Shown in pieces: positions 1 to 7,054 of a stretch of DNA of 41,983 bases. This DNA is from a virus. Both the position numbers and the translations under genes were made by a program. Where the stretch lies: the IMG/VR virus record IMGVR_UViG_3300045988_031699, one strand, 5' to 3'. Below the pieces are notes generated by a model. That model was not told the origin of the DNA. It saw only the letters and a list, made by a program, of their open reading frames with translations, and made no database searches. How positions within the stretch are numbered: the stretch's first letter is position 1; every line of letters begins with the position of its first letter.

Positions 1-80
1 CACGCATTGCCGGAGACCCACGCATTGCCGGAGACCTGCGCATCGCCGGAGACCCACGCATTGCCGGAGACCCACGCATT
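1..80 (-). repeat. 18-bp tandem coding repeat (left-edge portion: 4 full units plus a partial one)
   Basis: Units gccggagaccc[a/t][c/g]cgcat[t/c] at 9-26, 27-44, 45-62 and 63-80. Same unit family as 41479-41983. Confidence 0.9.
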
Positions 81-230
81 GCCATTGTTGGAGAGGTTTT
101 CTTCTTTTTCAACAAAACCTCCCAGTTCGCCAGCGCTTACGTCGCCAAAAGCGACGAGAGCCTTAATACGGAACAGCTTCTTCCCGAAAACGTTCGTTAC
201 AAATTCGGCGGTCAGTTCAAATTTCTTCAT
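1..230 (-). CDS. 5' part of hexapeptide-repeat protein (runs off the left edge; 3' part at 41236-41983)
   Basis: ATG at 230 behind AAAGGAGG. Translates MKKFELTAEFVTNVFGKKLFRIKALVAFGDVSAGELGGFVEKEENLSNNG, then GNAWVS/GDAQVS units. Absent from the ORF track because the window edge truncates it. Confidence 0.7.
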   Translation of the reverse strand, partial: MKKFELTAEFVTNVFGKKLFRIKALVAFGDVSAGELGGFVEKEENLSNNGNAWVSGNAWVSGDAQVSGNAWVSGNA

Positions 231-468
231 GGCTGGATGCCTCCTTTTGATACAGTCCGCACAGCAGATTCAGCGCCAGCAGGGCGGCGATGGTGGTGGG
301 GATGTTGAGAGAACCGAGCGCAGCCAGGAGCAGCACCAAATCTGCGGTGATTGCCAGCTTGACGGCGGCGCGGGTAAGTGATAGAATACAGTTAGAGCTT
401 TTTGCTATGCTCTGTTTTTTTGCCGTTCCGGTGGTGGTGCACCGGGGCGGCGTTTTTGTTTTTGTCAT
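217..468 (-). CDS. Small predicted membrane protein (hypothetical)
   Basis: ATG 468 with AAGGAG SD. Hydrophobic stretch LAITADLVLLLAALGSLNIPTTIAALLALNLLCGL. Co-oriented in the early leftward operon and overlaps the next start by 14 nt. Confidence 0.45.
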   Translation of the reverse strand: MTKTKTPPRCTTTGTAKKQSIAKSSNCILSLTRAAVKLAITADLVLLLAALGSLNIPTTIAALLALNLLCGLYQKEASSHEEI

Positions 469-472
469 GTGA

Positions 473-775
473 TCAGGCTCCTTTTAAAAAGTTAATCAAT
501 GCAGTACGCAGTTTTTCAAACTCTGTAATGTTGTCCTGCGAGGCGGTAGGCGTGACGGTAGATTTTGGCACGTCCGCCACCGGGTAATACGTTGCAAATT
601 CGTCAAGCGTGATGCCCAGTGCGGCGCATGCTTTGCCAACCTCCGGCCAGCGCCAATCATTAGCGCCGTTGATGCGGTTTGACATCTGCGTTTTAGACAA
701 GCCGCAGACATCTGCAAGGCGCTGTTTGTTGTAGCCCTTGTTTTTGATAAGAGCTGTAAAAGCAAGGTTTGTCAT
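473..775 (-). CDS. XRE-family HTH DNA-binding protein (second Cro-like early regulator)
   Basis: HTH core QRLADVCGLSKTQMSNRING. The best-spaced ATG (9 nt after AAGGAG) is at 775; the ORF track starts at 799. Confidence 0.75.
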   Translation of the reverse strand: MTNLAFTALIKNKGYNKQRLADVCGLSKTQMSNRINGANDWRWPEVGKACAALGITLDEFATYYPVADVPKSTVTPTASQDNITEFEKLRTALINFLKGA

Positions 776-838
776 GCTCATCATCTCCTTGTAACACATA
801 TCAAGAAGTTTTATACTGTGCGAAAGGGGGAAAATAGT

Positions 839-1105
839 ATGGATTTAAAAATTCCAGATTTTACAAAAGACATTGACTTTGAAAGCACTCCGCTGAAAAA
901 TATTGAAAAAGCATCAACGGAAACTGCCGTACAAGCCAAACACCTTGCAGAGTTAGCGGAGCGCCGTGCTCAAAAAGCTGAGCAGGACGCAAAGGATGCC
1001 GATGCCAGTGCAAAGCGTGCAAACGCTATTGCCATTGTATCGGTAATAATCGCTGCAATTTCTCTTTTCGGCGAAGCGCTCGGCCTTTTCCCGCTCTCTT
1101 TTTAA
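839..1105 (+). CDS. Small tail-anchored membrane protein (hypothetical), divergent from the HTH gene at 473-775
   Basis: ATG 839, 8 nt after AAGGGGG. Charged helical region (AKHLAELAERRAQKAEQDAKDADASAKRAN) followed by C-terminal TM AIAIVSVIIAAISLFGEALGLF. Its 3' end overlaps minus ORF 953-1201. Confidence 0.4.
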   Translation: MDLKIPDFTKDIDFESTPLKNIEKASTETAVQAKHLAELAERRAQKAEQDAKDADASAKRANAIAIVSVIIAAISLFGEALGLFPLSF

Positions 1106-1201
1106 CCAGTGTTCAAAGTAGAACGTAAAAACCAGATTGCATATCGCACCGCCCAGCACGGCGCCCTTGATAGCAATTGTGACAAATTGTTTAGGTGTCA
1201 T
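953..1201 (-). CDS. Alternative/overlapping small membrane-protein ORF (hypothetical)
   Basis: ATG 1201 behind AAAGGAGC, 15 nt after the antirepressor stop. N-terminal TM FVTIAIKGAVLGGAICNLVFTFYF. The distal ~50 codons are antisense to 839-1105 and look less protein-like. Confidence 0.3.
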   Translation of the reverse strand: MTPKQFVTIAIKGAVLGGAICNLVFTFYFEHWLKREREKAERFAEKRNCSDYYRYNGNSVCTLCTGIGILCVLLSFLSTALR

Positions 1202-1215
1202 TTGGTTGCTCCTTT

Positions 1216-1950
1216 TTATAAAGCATTCAAGCACAGCAGTCGGAACATCTCACGGCCTTTAGGCGTGATAAGTGTCTGTGTGCCGCTCCACTTGGTTTTC
1301 TCGTTAAAGCACTCTTTAACCTCAAACAATCCGTTGTTTTTATCGGCGTATGGCATCAGCTTTGCTTTTTTATCTCTGTAGATGTATTTCTTTTCCATCA
1401 AAAAAGAGATAAACTTTTTCTCTTCAACTCCAAGTTGTTTCGCTGTCTCGCGGAAACTGGTAAGCAGGTTGCGGTCTACCAGCTCGTCAAAGTATTCAGC
1501 TTTCGGCTGCATGATAGCATTCTGAACCTTCAGCTCCGAAATCCTCGCCTCACGTTCCGCAAGCGTTTTGTTGGCAACCAGCAGGGCTTTAGCCATCAAT
1601 TCGGATGGGGTAAGCTGTTCCTGCCCGGCGATGTAACCACCGTTTTTGCGGATACTGGGCAAGACTTCACTGGTGACCCACTTGCGGAAGGGTTTGGCCT
1701 CCGGCTTGTCGCTGCGCAGGATGACGTTGTACAGGCCGCTCTCGTTGACAGCCGTCATTTCCTGTGCACCACCAAGGGTGTCCACTCTGACCGGCGCCCT
1801 TTCGTCATCGTCCAGCCGTTCGGCAGCATCCCGGTATTTGGAGATGCCCAGCACCTTGCACACGTCCTTCAGGACGAACCACGGTTCACCGTTCATCTCA
1901 ACCGTGCGTACATCGTTGTTTTCGTATTTAAAAATCTGAATGTTGTTCAT
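1216..1950 (-). CDS. Phage antirepressor (Bro-N type N-terminal domain plus ANT/KilAC-type C-terminal domain)
   Basis: MNNIQIFKYENNDVRTVEMNGEPWFVLKDVCKVLGI... is a classic Bro-N start. ATG 1950 behind AAAGGAGTG. Lies directly downstream of the Cro-like gene. Confidence 0.85.
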   Translation of the reverse strand: MNNIQIFKYENNDVRTVEMNGEPWFVLKDVCKVLGISKYRDAAERLDDDERAPVRVDTLGGAQEMTAVNESGLYNVILRSDKPEAKPFRKWVTSEVLPSIRKNGGYIAGQEQLTPSELMAKALLVANKTLAEREARISELKVQNAIMQPKAEYFDELVDRNLLTSFRETAKQLGVEEKKFISFLMEKKYIYRDKKAKLMPYADKNNGLFEVKECFNEKTKWSGTQTLITPKGREMFRLLCLNAL

Positions 1951-2003
1951 TCGCTCACTCCTTTCTTTCTGCAATTAGTTCACTTACAGCCGCTTCCATC
2001 TTT

Positions 2004-2198
2004 CTAGCTATCGGCTAGTAAATAATCAACAGGCACGCCGAAATAGTCAGCCACTTTCTTTAGCGTCGTGATGCTGGGGCCGTAAGGCGATTTTTCCCAC
2101 TTGCCAAGTGCGCCGTTTGAGATTCCGGCGCGTTCCTCAAGGATTGTGCGAGAAATATTGTTTTTTCGGCACAGCGCATCAATTTTCGAAATATTCAC
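2004..2198 (-). CDS. Cro-like XRE-family HTH protein
   Basis: 64 aa with HTH NNISRTILEERAGISNGALGKWE. GTG start with AGGAG upstream. Divergent from the CI-like gene across the operator-rich region. Confidence 0.8.
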   Translation of the reverse strand: MNISKIDALCRKNNISRTILEERAGISNGALGKWEKSPYGPSITTLKKVADYFGVPVDYLLADS

Positions 2199-2413
2199 CT
2201 AGCAAAAGCTCCTTTCTAGTTGACTATTGCTAGAAAATATGCTACTGTGAACTTGCGAGATTTATAACAGCATATTTTTAGCTAGTCCGCTGGATTTTAG
2301 GGGGCTTGGTTCTTTGTTGCCCTCTATGCTGTCTATTATACTAGCATTTATGCTAGATGTAAATAGTTTTCTAGCATTTTCTAGCGAATTAGCAATATGC
2401 ACAAAGAAATGGT
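2199..2413. promoter_or_regulatory. Divergent lysis/lysogeny switch region with CTAG-containing operator repeats
   Basis: Palindrome CTAGCAT-TT-ATGCTAG at 2341-2356 overlaps a TTGTTG-17nt-TATACT promoter (2314-2342). Direct TTTTCTAGC x2 at 2367-2385, inverted TGCTAGAAAA at 2228-2237, and further CTAG sites at 2199, 2216 and 2282. Confidence 0.6.
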
Positions 2414-2776
2414 GTGGTTTGTGTGCGATACGTGGAAAAAGCCAAGAAAATAGCAAAGAAAAAAGGAATTGCCTTCACGCATATTAGTACAGAGCTTGGG
2501 AAAAGTCGTGGCTATTTGTCTGAAATGCTAGCAAACGGGCGCGATTTGCCAGAGCATATGCTAGCCGATGTTGCTAGTTTGCTAGGAGTTACCGTTGCCG
2601 ACCTGACCGGGGATTCCGAAAACAAAAAAAAGCCCCCCGCACAAAGCGATGGGCTAAAACTCGATTCCTATGAAGACATCGATCAGTGGCTTGACACTTT
2701 AGATGGCAAAGGTCTTGATATGGTAATTGCGATGGCAGCAGCAAAGAAGGTGAAAGTCAATGAAGATAAATCCTGA
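2414..2776 (+). CDS. CI-like XRE-family HTH repressor candidate (start codon uncertain)
   Basis: HTH FTHISTELGKSRGYLSEMLANGRD. Divergent from the Cro-like gene. GTG start without a clear SD, so possibly leaderless or a downstream GTG. Confidence 0.7.
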   Translation: MVCVRYVEKAKKIAKKKGIAFTHISTELGKSRGYLSEMLANGRDLPEHMLADVASLLGVTVADLTGDSENKKKPPAQSDGLKLDSYEDIDQWLDTLDGKGLDMVIAMAAAKKVKVNEDKS

Positions 2777-3194
2777 TTGCGTCCGAGATGTTATGCTCGG
2801 TCTTGAGGAACAGCTCGGTTTGTTCCTGAATGATAAATGCAGTATGGAGTTTGAATGTTCCAGCCCTGATAAGCTGAAAAAATCCTCTTTTATAAAGGGT
2901 AAAGGGTATTCACGGGAAGATTTGTTTTATTCTTGCTTGCAGGCTGCTGAAAATGGCTATATTGTGGCAGAATATCGAATAGACAAAGAACTCAGAACGA
3001 TAGAGTTTTTTTATATTATGTATATTACGCCAAAAGGCCATGACTTTATTGCGTCAATTTCCAATCAGCAGACGTGGCAGGAAAAAATAAAGCCCACCTT
3101 GTCAGCGGTGGGCAATGTATCTCTTACAGTAATTGAAACGATTGCAAAAGGTGCGGTAACTGCGCTTATTGAGCATCATCAATCCGGCTCTTAA
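2760..3194 (+). CDS. Hypothetical protein, winged-helix DUF2513/YjcQ-like (tentative)
   Basis: ATG 2760 overlaps the end of the repressor gene. N-terminus MKINPDCVRDVMLGLEEQL... and ...YITPKGHDFI resemble DUF2513-type proteins from memory. AT-rich. Confidence 0.45.
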   Translation: MKINPDCVRDVMLGLEEQLGLFLNDKCSMEFECSSPDKLKKSSFIKGKGYSREDLFYSCLQAAENGYIVAEYRIDKELRTIEFFYIMYITPKGHDFIASISNQQTWQEKIKPTLSAVGNVSLTVIETIAKGAVTALIEHHQSGS

Positions 3195-3405
3195 AGGCAT
3201 TGTGCGGGCGGAACGCCGTGTTTCCCTGTGCTGCAATTACACTGGCCGCAATAGCTCTGTCCAGCTCTAACGGAAGATTTTGTGCATCGTAAAAGTTCAT
3301 GCCGGAGACTTCAATCAGTTTCAGCATTTTTTCGATGACTTCATCCTTTTTCTGCCTGTACTCGCTATCGTCGCACTTGTTGTAGACATCAATTCTATCC
3401 CGCAT
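3166..3405 (-). CDS. Hypothetical 79-aa protein
   Basis: ATG 3405 behind AAAGGAGAC. Convergent with 2760-3194 and overlaps its end by 29 nt. No recognised motif. Confidence 0.4.
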   Translation of the reverse strand: MRDRIDVYNKCDDSEYRQKKDEVIEKMLKLIEVSGMNFYDAQNLPLELDRAIAASVIAAQGNTAFRPHNAFKSRIDDAQ

Positions 3406-3541
3406 TGCTTGTCTCCTTTATAACCTCATTACAAATTGCAATAGCATCTTTTAGCGGTATTTCTCGCAAAAGCTGCTTTGCCTGCTCTCTTAAACTAAGT
3501 ATCGTACTTTTTTGCGTGATTGTCAACGGTTCTTTTCTCAT
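3395..3541 (-). CDS. Hypothetical 48-aa protein (upstream partner of 3166-3405)
   Basis: Internal ATG 3541 of ORF 3395-3706 behind GGGGGAATCAAA. MRKEPLTITQKSTILSLREQAKQLLREIPLKDAIAICNEVIKETSNAG. Overlaps the next start by 11 nt. Confidence 0.3.
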   Translation of the reverse strand: MRKEPLTITQKSTILSLREQAKQLLREIPLKDAIAICNEVIKETSNAG

Positions 3542-3577
3542 TTTGATTCCCCCAAAATTAAATAAGGTTGTGATATC

Positions 3578-4489
3578 GTGGGCTTTTTTGACTTTTTGAA
3601 ACCGAAACAAAAAGTAAATGTTTCCATAACAACACATGAGTCGACTAAAGATGAAATTGCAAAGCAGTACGCTGGTTACTGCAAAGCACAAGCAGAAAAG
3701 CGGCACGCAGAACAGGAAGATCGTGCAAATGAGTATTTCTTGGAGCTTTCCGCCGATGACATTGCAGACAAAAATGGCCTAAAGCCAACAGAAATTTTAA
3801 TGCTTTCTTATTTAGAGAAATATTCCATCGGAAAGCCTGTTGCAAAGTTCTGGCATTATGATTATGGTGTTGATGATGTTTGGCCGATTATTAAAAAGCT
3901 GGAATCAATGGGATTTGCTGAAAACGGAAAATTGACCGAAAAGGGAAAAAAAGAAATAAAAGATAACGAATATGTTTATTTTTGGCATAGAAAGACTTAC
4001 GCTCGTGTGGCTTTTAACTTGCCTGAGTTTTGCCGTGCCGTAAATGCTCGAAGAGATATTCCGTATCGGGATTTAATATGGGAGAAATACAATAAACTAT
4101 ACATGGGAGCAATTTCGTCTCCCAAAAAATGTCGTGATTTACGATATTCTATGTATGAGTTTTTGGTAGACGAAAAAAAGTTTGAAACGGCTTTTTCTAT
4201 GCTACTTGAAATACCTTTTTATGATATGAACTGCCAATATCCTTTTATAGCTCCTAGTATTATGCAGGAACTAAAGAAAGCCCAAAAAAAAGCTGGCTTT
4301 ACTGAAGATCAAATTTTTGATATGGCAAAAGAAAGATACGGCAGGATGCTTGTTGAAAACCCAACTGTTCCTGCGATAGATGTCGCAGGTATTGTAACAT
4401 CTTACATTTTTGGAAAAGATGGTCTAGCTCAAAGAGTTTTGAAATCTTACAACATTGATTGCACCCGGCTGTTTTCTGGCAACCATTGA
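3578..4489 (+). CDS. Hypothetical 303-aa protein in AT-rich island (orphan; possible accessory/defence cargo)
   Basis: Long uninterrupted ORF with a GTG start (MGFFDFLKPKQ...). Visibly much more AT-rich than the phage backbone. No P-loop or nuclease motif seen. Confidence 0.6.
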   Translation: MGFFDFLKPKQKVNVSITTHESTKDEIAKQYAGYCKAQAEKRHAEQEDRANEYFLELSADDIADKNGLKPTEILMLSYLEKYSIGKPVAKFWHYDYGVDDVWPIIKKLESMGFAENGKLTEKGKKEIKDNEYVYFWHRKTYARVAFNLPEFCRAVNARRDIPYRDLIWEKYNKLYMGAISSPKKCRDLRYSMYEFLVDEKKFETAFSMLLEIPFYDMNCQYPFIAPSIMQELKKAQKKAGFTEDQIFDMAKERYGRMLVENPTVPAIDVAGIVTSYIFGKDGLAQRVLKSYNIDCTRLFSGNH

Positions 4490-4913
4490 TTGTATTTTAC
4501 ACAACTCACAGTTGTATTTCAACAGTTTCACAAAAGTACTCATTTGTCAAGTCTTTATAATCCGCTTTTTCGGTCTTCTGCGCCCGTGTCTTGGTGGAAC
4601 ATCCAAATCAGGCAGTTTCTTCATGGTCTGCTTCCCTCCTTGCACGGTCTTGCAGCACAGCACGGTACATAGCTTCAATGGTTGCCGCATTGCGGGTTTG
4701 GTAATTCTTTAGACGTTCCACGTTATTCATTGTTGATTCCTCCTGTGTTTTCTGACTACAGTAAGAATCTTAACATGTTTTTTATGCCATATCTTCCATT
4801 TATTTCCACGGCATTTTTTGAAGAAATATTTCTTTATATTTTCTTGATTGATACGGTAGAAAAATTTTACCACATTTGAAGTGCAAAACATGTAAAAAAT
4901 TGAGGGTGACGAA

Positions 4914-5507
4914 ATGGAAAGTAGAGCTGATTTCCGAGAACGTGAAGGACTTATTCTTTCGCAGTGCCGGTTGGAATCCGGGCTTTCGCAAGAATATGTA
5001 GCCAGGCAGATGGATGTGAACATCCGCACGGTGCGCAACTGGGAAGAAGGGCTTTCCCCTATCCGAAGCGATGACCTGTTGATGTGGTTCACCGTCTGCA
5101 AACAATCCCCATGGCGCTGGCTGCAGCGAATCTGGATGCCGTCTGCATTCAGCGATACCGATACTCCAAACTGGACGGACGAGCAGGTAGACAAGGCACT
5201 TTCTGATTATATCGATCAGATGCCGAGCCTGTACAAGCGAAGGCTGCTCTACATCCTTTGTGGGGCGCACGGGAGCGATTGGGCGGGTCAGATAGACTTG
5301 TTATGCGCTAACGCTCATACGTCCATGAAAAGCCGTGTACGCGTCTGCCAGGCCGTAATACAGAACTACCGGATAGATACCGTAACTGGGGATGACCCAT
5401 GCCCGGAAAGCATCAAGCCGGACTTTGACCGCCTGCAAATATGCCTGCAAGCCGGAGAAGCTGCCGTTCTGGCAGGTGACGGCGAATATAACGCAAGGGA
5501 AAAATAA
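4914..5507 (+). CDS. XRE-type HTH protein with uncharacterised C-terminal domain (second repressor/regulator candidate)
   Basis: ATG 4914 after GAGGGTG. HTH LSQEYVARQMDVNIRTVRNWEEG. 197 aa, directly upstream of and co-oriented with the integrase. Confidence 0.75.
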   Translation: MESRADFREREGLILSQCRLESGLSQEYVARQMDVNIRTVRNWEEGLSPIRSDDLLMWFTVCKQSPWRWLQRIWMPSAFSDTDTPNWTDEQVDKALSDYIDQMPSLYKRRLLYILCGAHGSDWAGQIDLLCANAHTSMKSRVRVCQAVIQNYRIDTVTGDDPCPESIKPDFDRLQICLQAGEAAVLAGDGEYNAREK

Positions 5508-5549
5508 AAAATCCCCTGCCGGTGGTGCCACACCAGCAAGGGATAAAGA

Positions 5550-5575
5550 GCCGTCAACACAAAAAAGTTGACGGC
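5550..5575 (+). terminator. Hairpin between HTH gene and integrase (weak terminator/attenuator candidate)
   Basis: GCCGTCAAC-N8-GTTGACGGC (9-bp stem) followed by ATTATTAT. A second imperfect hairpin lies just upstream at about 5512-5544. Confidence 0.4.
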
Positions 5576-5608
5576 ATTATTATAGCACATACAAAAAGGA
5601 GCCGCAAT

Positions 5609-6694
5609 ATGAAAAGGACAAATACCGCAAAATGGATTGAAAGCGCCGGGCGTTGGCAAATCAACGTGCAGAAGGACGGAGTGCGCAAGACGTTTACCAG
5701 CGCCAAGCCGGGCCGCACAGGCCAGAGGGAAGCTAACAAAAAAGCAGATGAATGGCTTGACATAGGCGTAAAGACGGAACGGATTAAGGTTTCTGACGCA
5801 TGGGAACAGTTGCTACAGCAGAAAAAACTTGTGTCTGATGCAGAATACAAAAATATGGCATCGTTCGGACGCTCCCATTTGCTGCCAGCCATCGGGATCA
5901 AGTCAGTAAAAGCCGTTACGGAACAGGATTTCCAAAAAATTATAGATTATGCGTTTCGCCATCCACAGGGGAACAGCAAAGAGCCCTTATCCAAAAAGAC
6001 ATTACAAAACTATGCAAGCTACTGCAAGCAGTTTGCGAATTTTTGCCGAAAATCGAAATGGACAACGCTTGAGCTTGAGGAGCTACAGATTCCGGCAGCG
6101 TCTAGAAAAAAAGGAAAGAACGTGCTGACAGTTGAAGCGCTCAACACGCTGCTAAAAGTAGATACGACCATCATGCGCGGAAAATCTGTGCATGATGAAT
6201 ACATAAATTATTATAGGTTTCAGGTGCTAACAGGCATGCGCCCCGGTGAAATGCGGGGGCTGCGATGGGAAGACGTTGACGGGAATCTGTGCAGACTGAA
6301 GCAGGCAATCAATGCGCACGGTCAAATCACGCAGGGAAAAAACGAAAACGCATTGCGCACGGTAGTGCTATCCAGACGAGCAGTGGACGTGCTGGAAGCT
6401 CAGAAAGCCGTGACTGGGAAGCAGACGTACATCTTCCCCATGGCATCCATGCACACCTACTACCACCGATGGCAGCGCTATCAGCGCTCTAATGACATGC
6501 CGGAGCTGAGCCTTTACGAACTGCGCCACACGTTTGTGAGTATCGCGAAGGAGTTGCCGACTGGCGAATTAAAGCAGCTAGTCGGGCATAGCGAGGATAT
6601 GGACACATACGGCACATACTCTCACTACATCGCTGGAGATGACGAACGGACAGCACAAAACTTACAAGAAATCTTTGATAGATTGGTGGACTAA
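5609..6694 (+). CDS. int: Tyrosine recombinase / phage integrase
   Basis: ATG 5609 behind AAAAAGGAG. Catalytic-type motifs GMRPGEMRGLRWEDV, ELRHTF, LVGHS and YGTYSHY. Adjacent to the attP-like site. Confidence 0.9.
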   Translation: MKRTNTAKWIESAGRWQINVQKDGVRKTFTSAKPGRTGQREANKKADEWLDIGVKTERIKVSDAWEQLLQQKKLVSDAEYKNMASFGRSHLLPAIGIKSVKAVTEQDFQKIIDYAFRHPQGNSKEPLSKKTLQNYASYCKQFANFCRKSKWTTLELEELQIPAASRKKGKNVLTVEALNTLLKVDTTIMRGKSVHDEYINYYRFQVLTGMRPGEMRGLRWEDVDGNLCRLKQAINAHGQITQGKNENALRTVVLSRRAVDVLEAQKAVTGKQTYIFPMASMHTYYHRWQRYQRSNDMPELSLYELRHTFVSIAKELPTGELKQLVGHSEDMDTYGTYSHYIAGDDERTAQNLQEIFDRLVD

Positions 6695-6719
6695 AAAGTA
6701 CACACTAAAAGTACACACT
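6695..6719 (+). repeat. Direct repeats AAAGTACACACT x2 (putative integrase arm-type sites, P arm)
   Basis: Exact copies at 6695-6706 and 6708-6719, immediately after the int stop codon. Confidence 0.45.
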
Positions 6720-6820
6720 TTTTTTCTTAAATGTATGAAATAATAGAAAAAGTATGTGATAAAACAAAATAATATAGCAATATACCGCTATATTTTTAAT
6801 CACTAAAAGCATTGTGTATA

Positions 6821-6844
6821 GTTCGAGTCCTGTCACCTCGACCA
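6821..6844 (+). other. attP core candidate: 3' end of a tRNA gene (T-loop, T-stem 3' strand, acceptor 3' strand, CCA)
   Basis: GTTCGAGTCCTGTCACCTCGACCA gives G-TTCGAGT-CCTGT-CACCTCG-A-CCA. The sequence 5' of it cannot pair as a T-stem or acceptor, so only the 3' tRNA part is present. Confidence 0.55.
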
Positions 6845-6850
6845 CAACAA

Positions 6851-6889
6851 ATGCCGTAGATTCGTTTAAATCTACGGCATTTTCTTTTT
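6851..6889 (+). terminator. Rho-independent terminator after the tRNA fragment
   Basis: ATGCCGTAGAT-N8-ATCTACGGCAT (11-bp stem) followed by TTTCTTTTT. Confidence 0.65.
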
Positions 6890-6890
6890 C

Positions 6891-6913
6891 AAGTACACGT
6901 TTTAGTACACACT
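6891..6913 (+). repeat. AGTACAC(A/G) repeats on the other side of the core (putative arm-type sites, P' arm)
   Basis: AAGTACACG at 6891-6899 and AGTACACACT at 6904-6913, plus an inverted GTGTAC at 6935-6940. Confidence 0.4.
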
Positions 6914-6916
6914 TAC

Positions 6917-7054
6917 CTATTTTCTCTGCAAACTGTGTACCAAATCATTATACACATCCGGACGTGCTTCTTTCAGCGCATCCATAAACTCATCCAGCAC
7001 ACGCCACACTCGCCCGGTATCGGCCTTTTTTACAATCTCCAAAAATTCACTCAT
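6917..7054 (-). CDS. Cargo gene H: 45-aa protein paralogous to the C-terminus of gene G
   Basis: Not in the ORF track (<60 aa). ATG 7054 overlaps the gene G stop. MSEFLEIVKKADTGRVWRVLDEFMDALKEARPDVYNDLVHSLQRK resembles ...ALNVLDELMSALYVANPKVYNGVMRKLERL. Confidence 0.4.
   Translation of the reverse strand: MSEFLEIVKKADTGRVWRVLDEFMDALKEARPDVYNDLVHSLQRK

Noticed and set aside
7-472. Plus-strand ORFs 7-381, 290-472 and 402-587
   Set aside because: These read the repeat and the two minus-strand early genes in antisense. The first is just the PETHAL frame of the 18-bp repeat.
4727-5270. Minus-strand ORFs 4727-5194 and 4800-5270
   Set aside because: They are antisense to the SD-preceded HTH gene 4914-5507, mutually overlapping, Cys/Arg/Ser-rich and without an SD.
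5522-5608. N-terminal extension of the integrase (track start 5522), and the GTG start at 31321 for the methyltransferase
   Set aside because: Both extensions run through hairpin/terminator sequence and lack an SD. Internal ATGs at 5609 and 31288 have strong AGGAG-type SDs and give typical N-termini.
6760-6850. A complete tRNA gene next to the integrase
   Set aside because: Only T-loop/3' T-stem/acceptor 3' strand/CCA is present. The bases upstream cannot form the T-stem 5' strand, anticodon arm or acceptor 5' strand.
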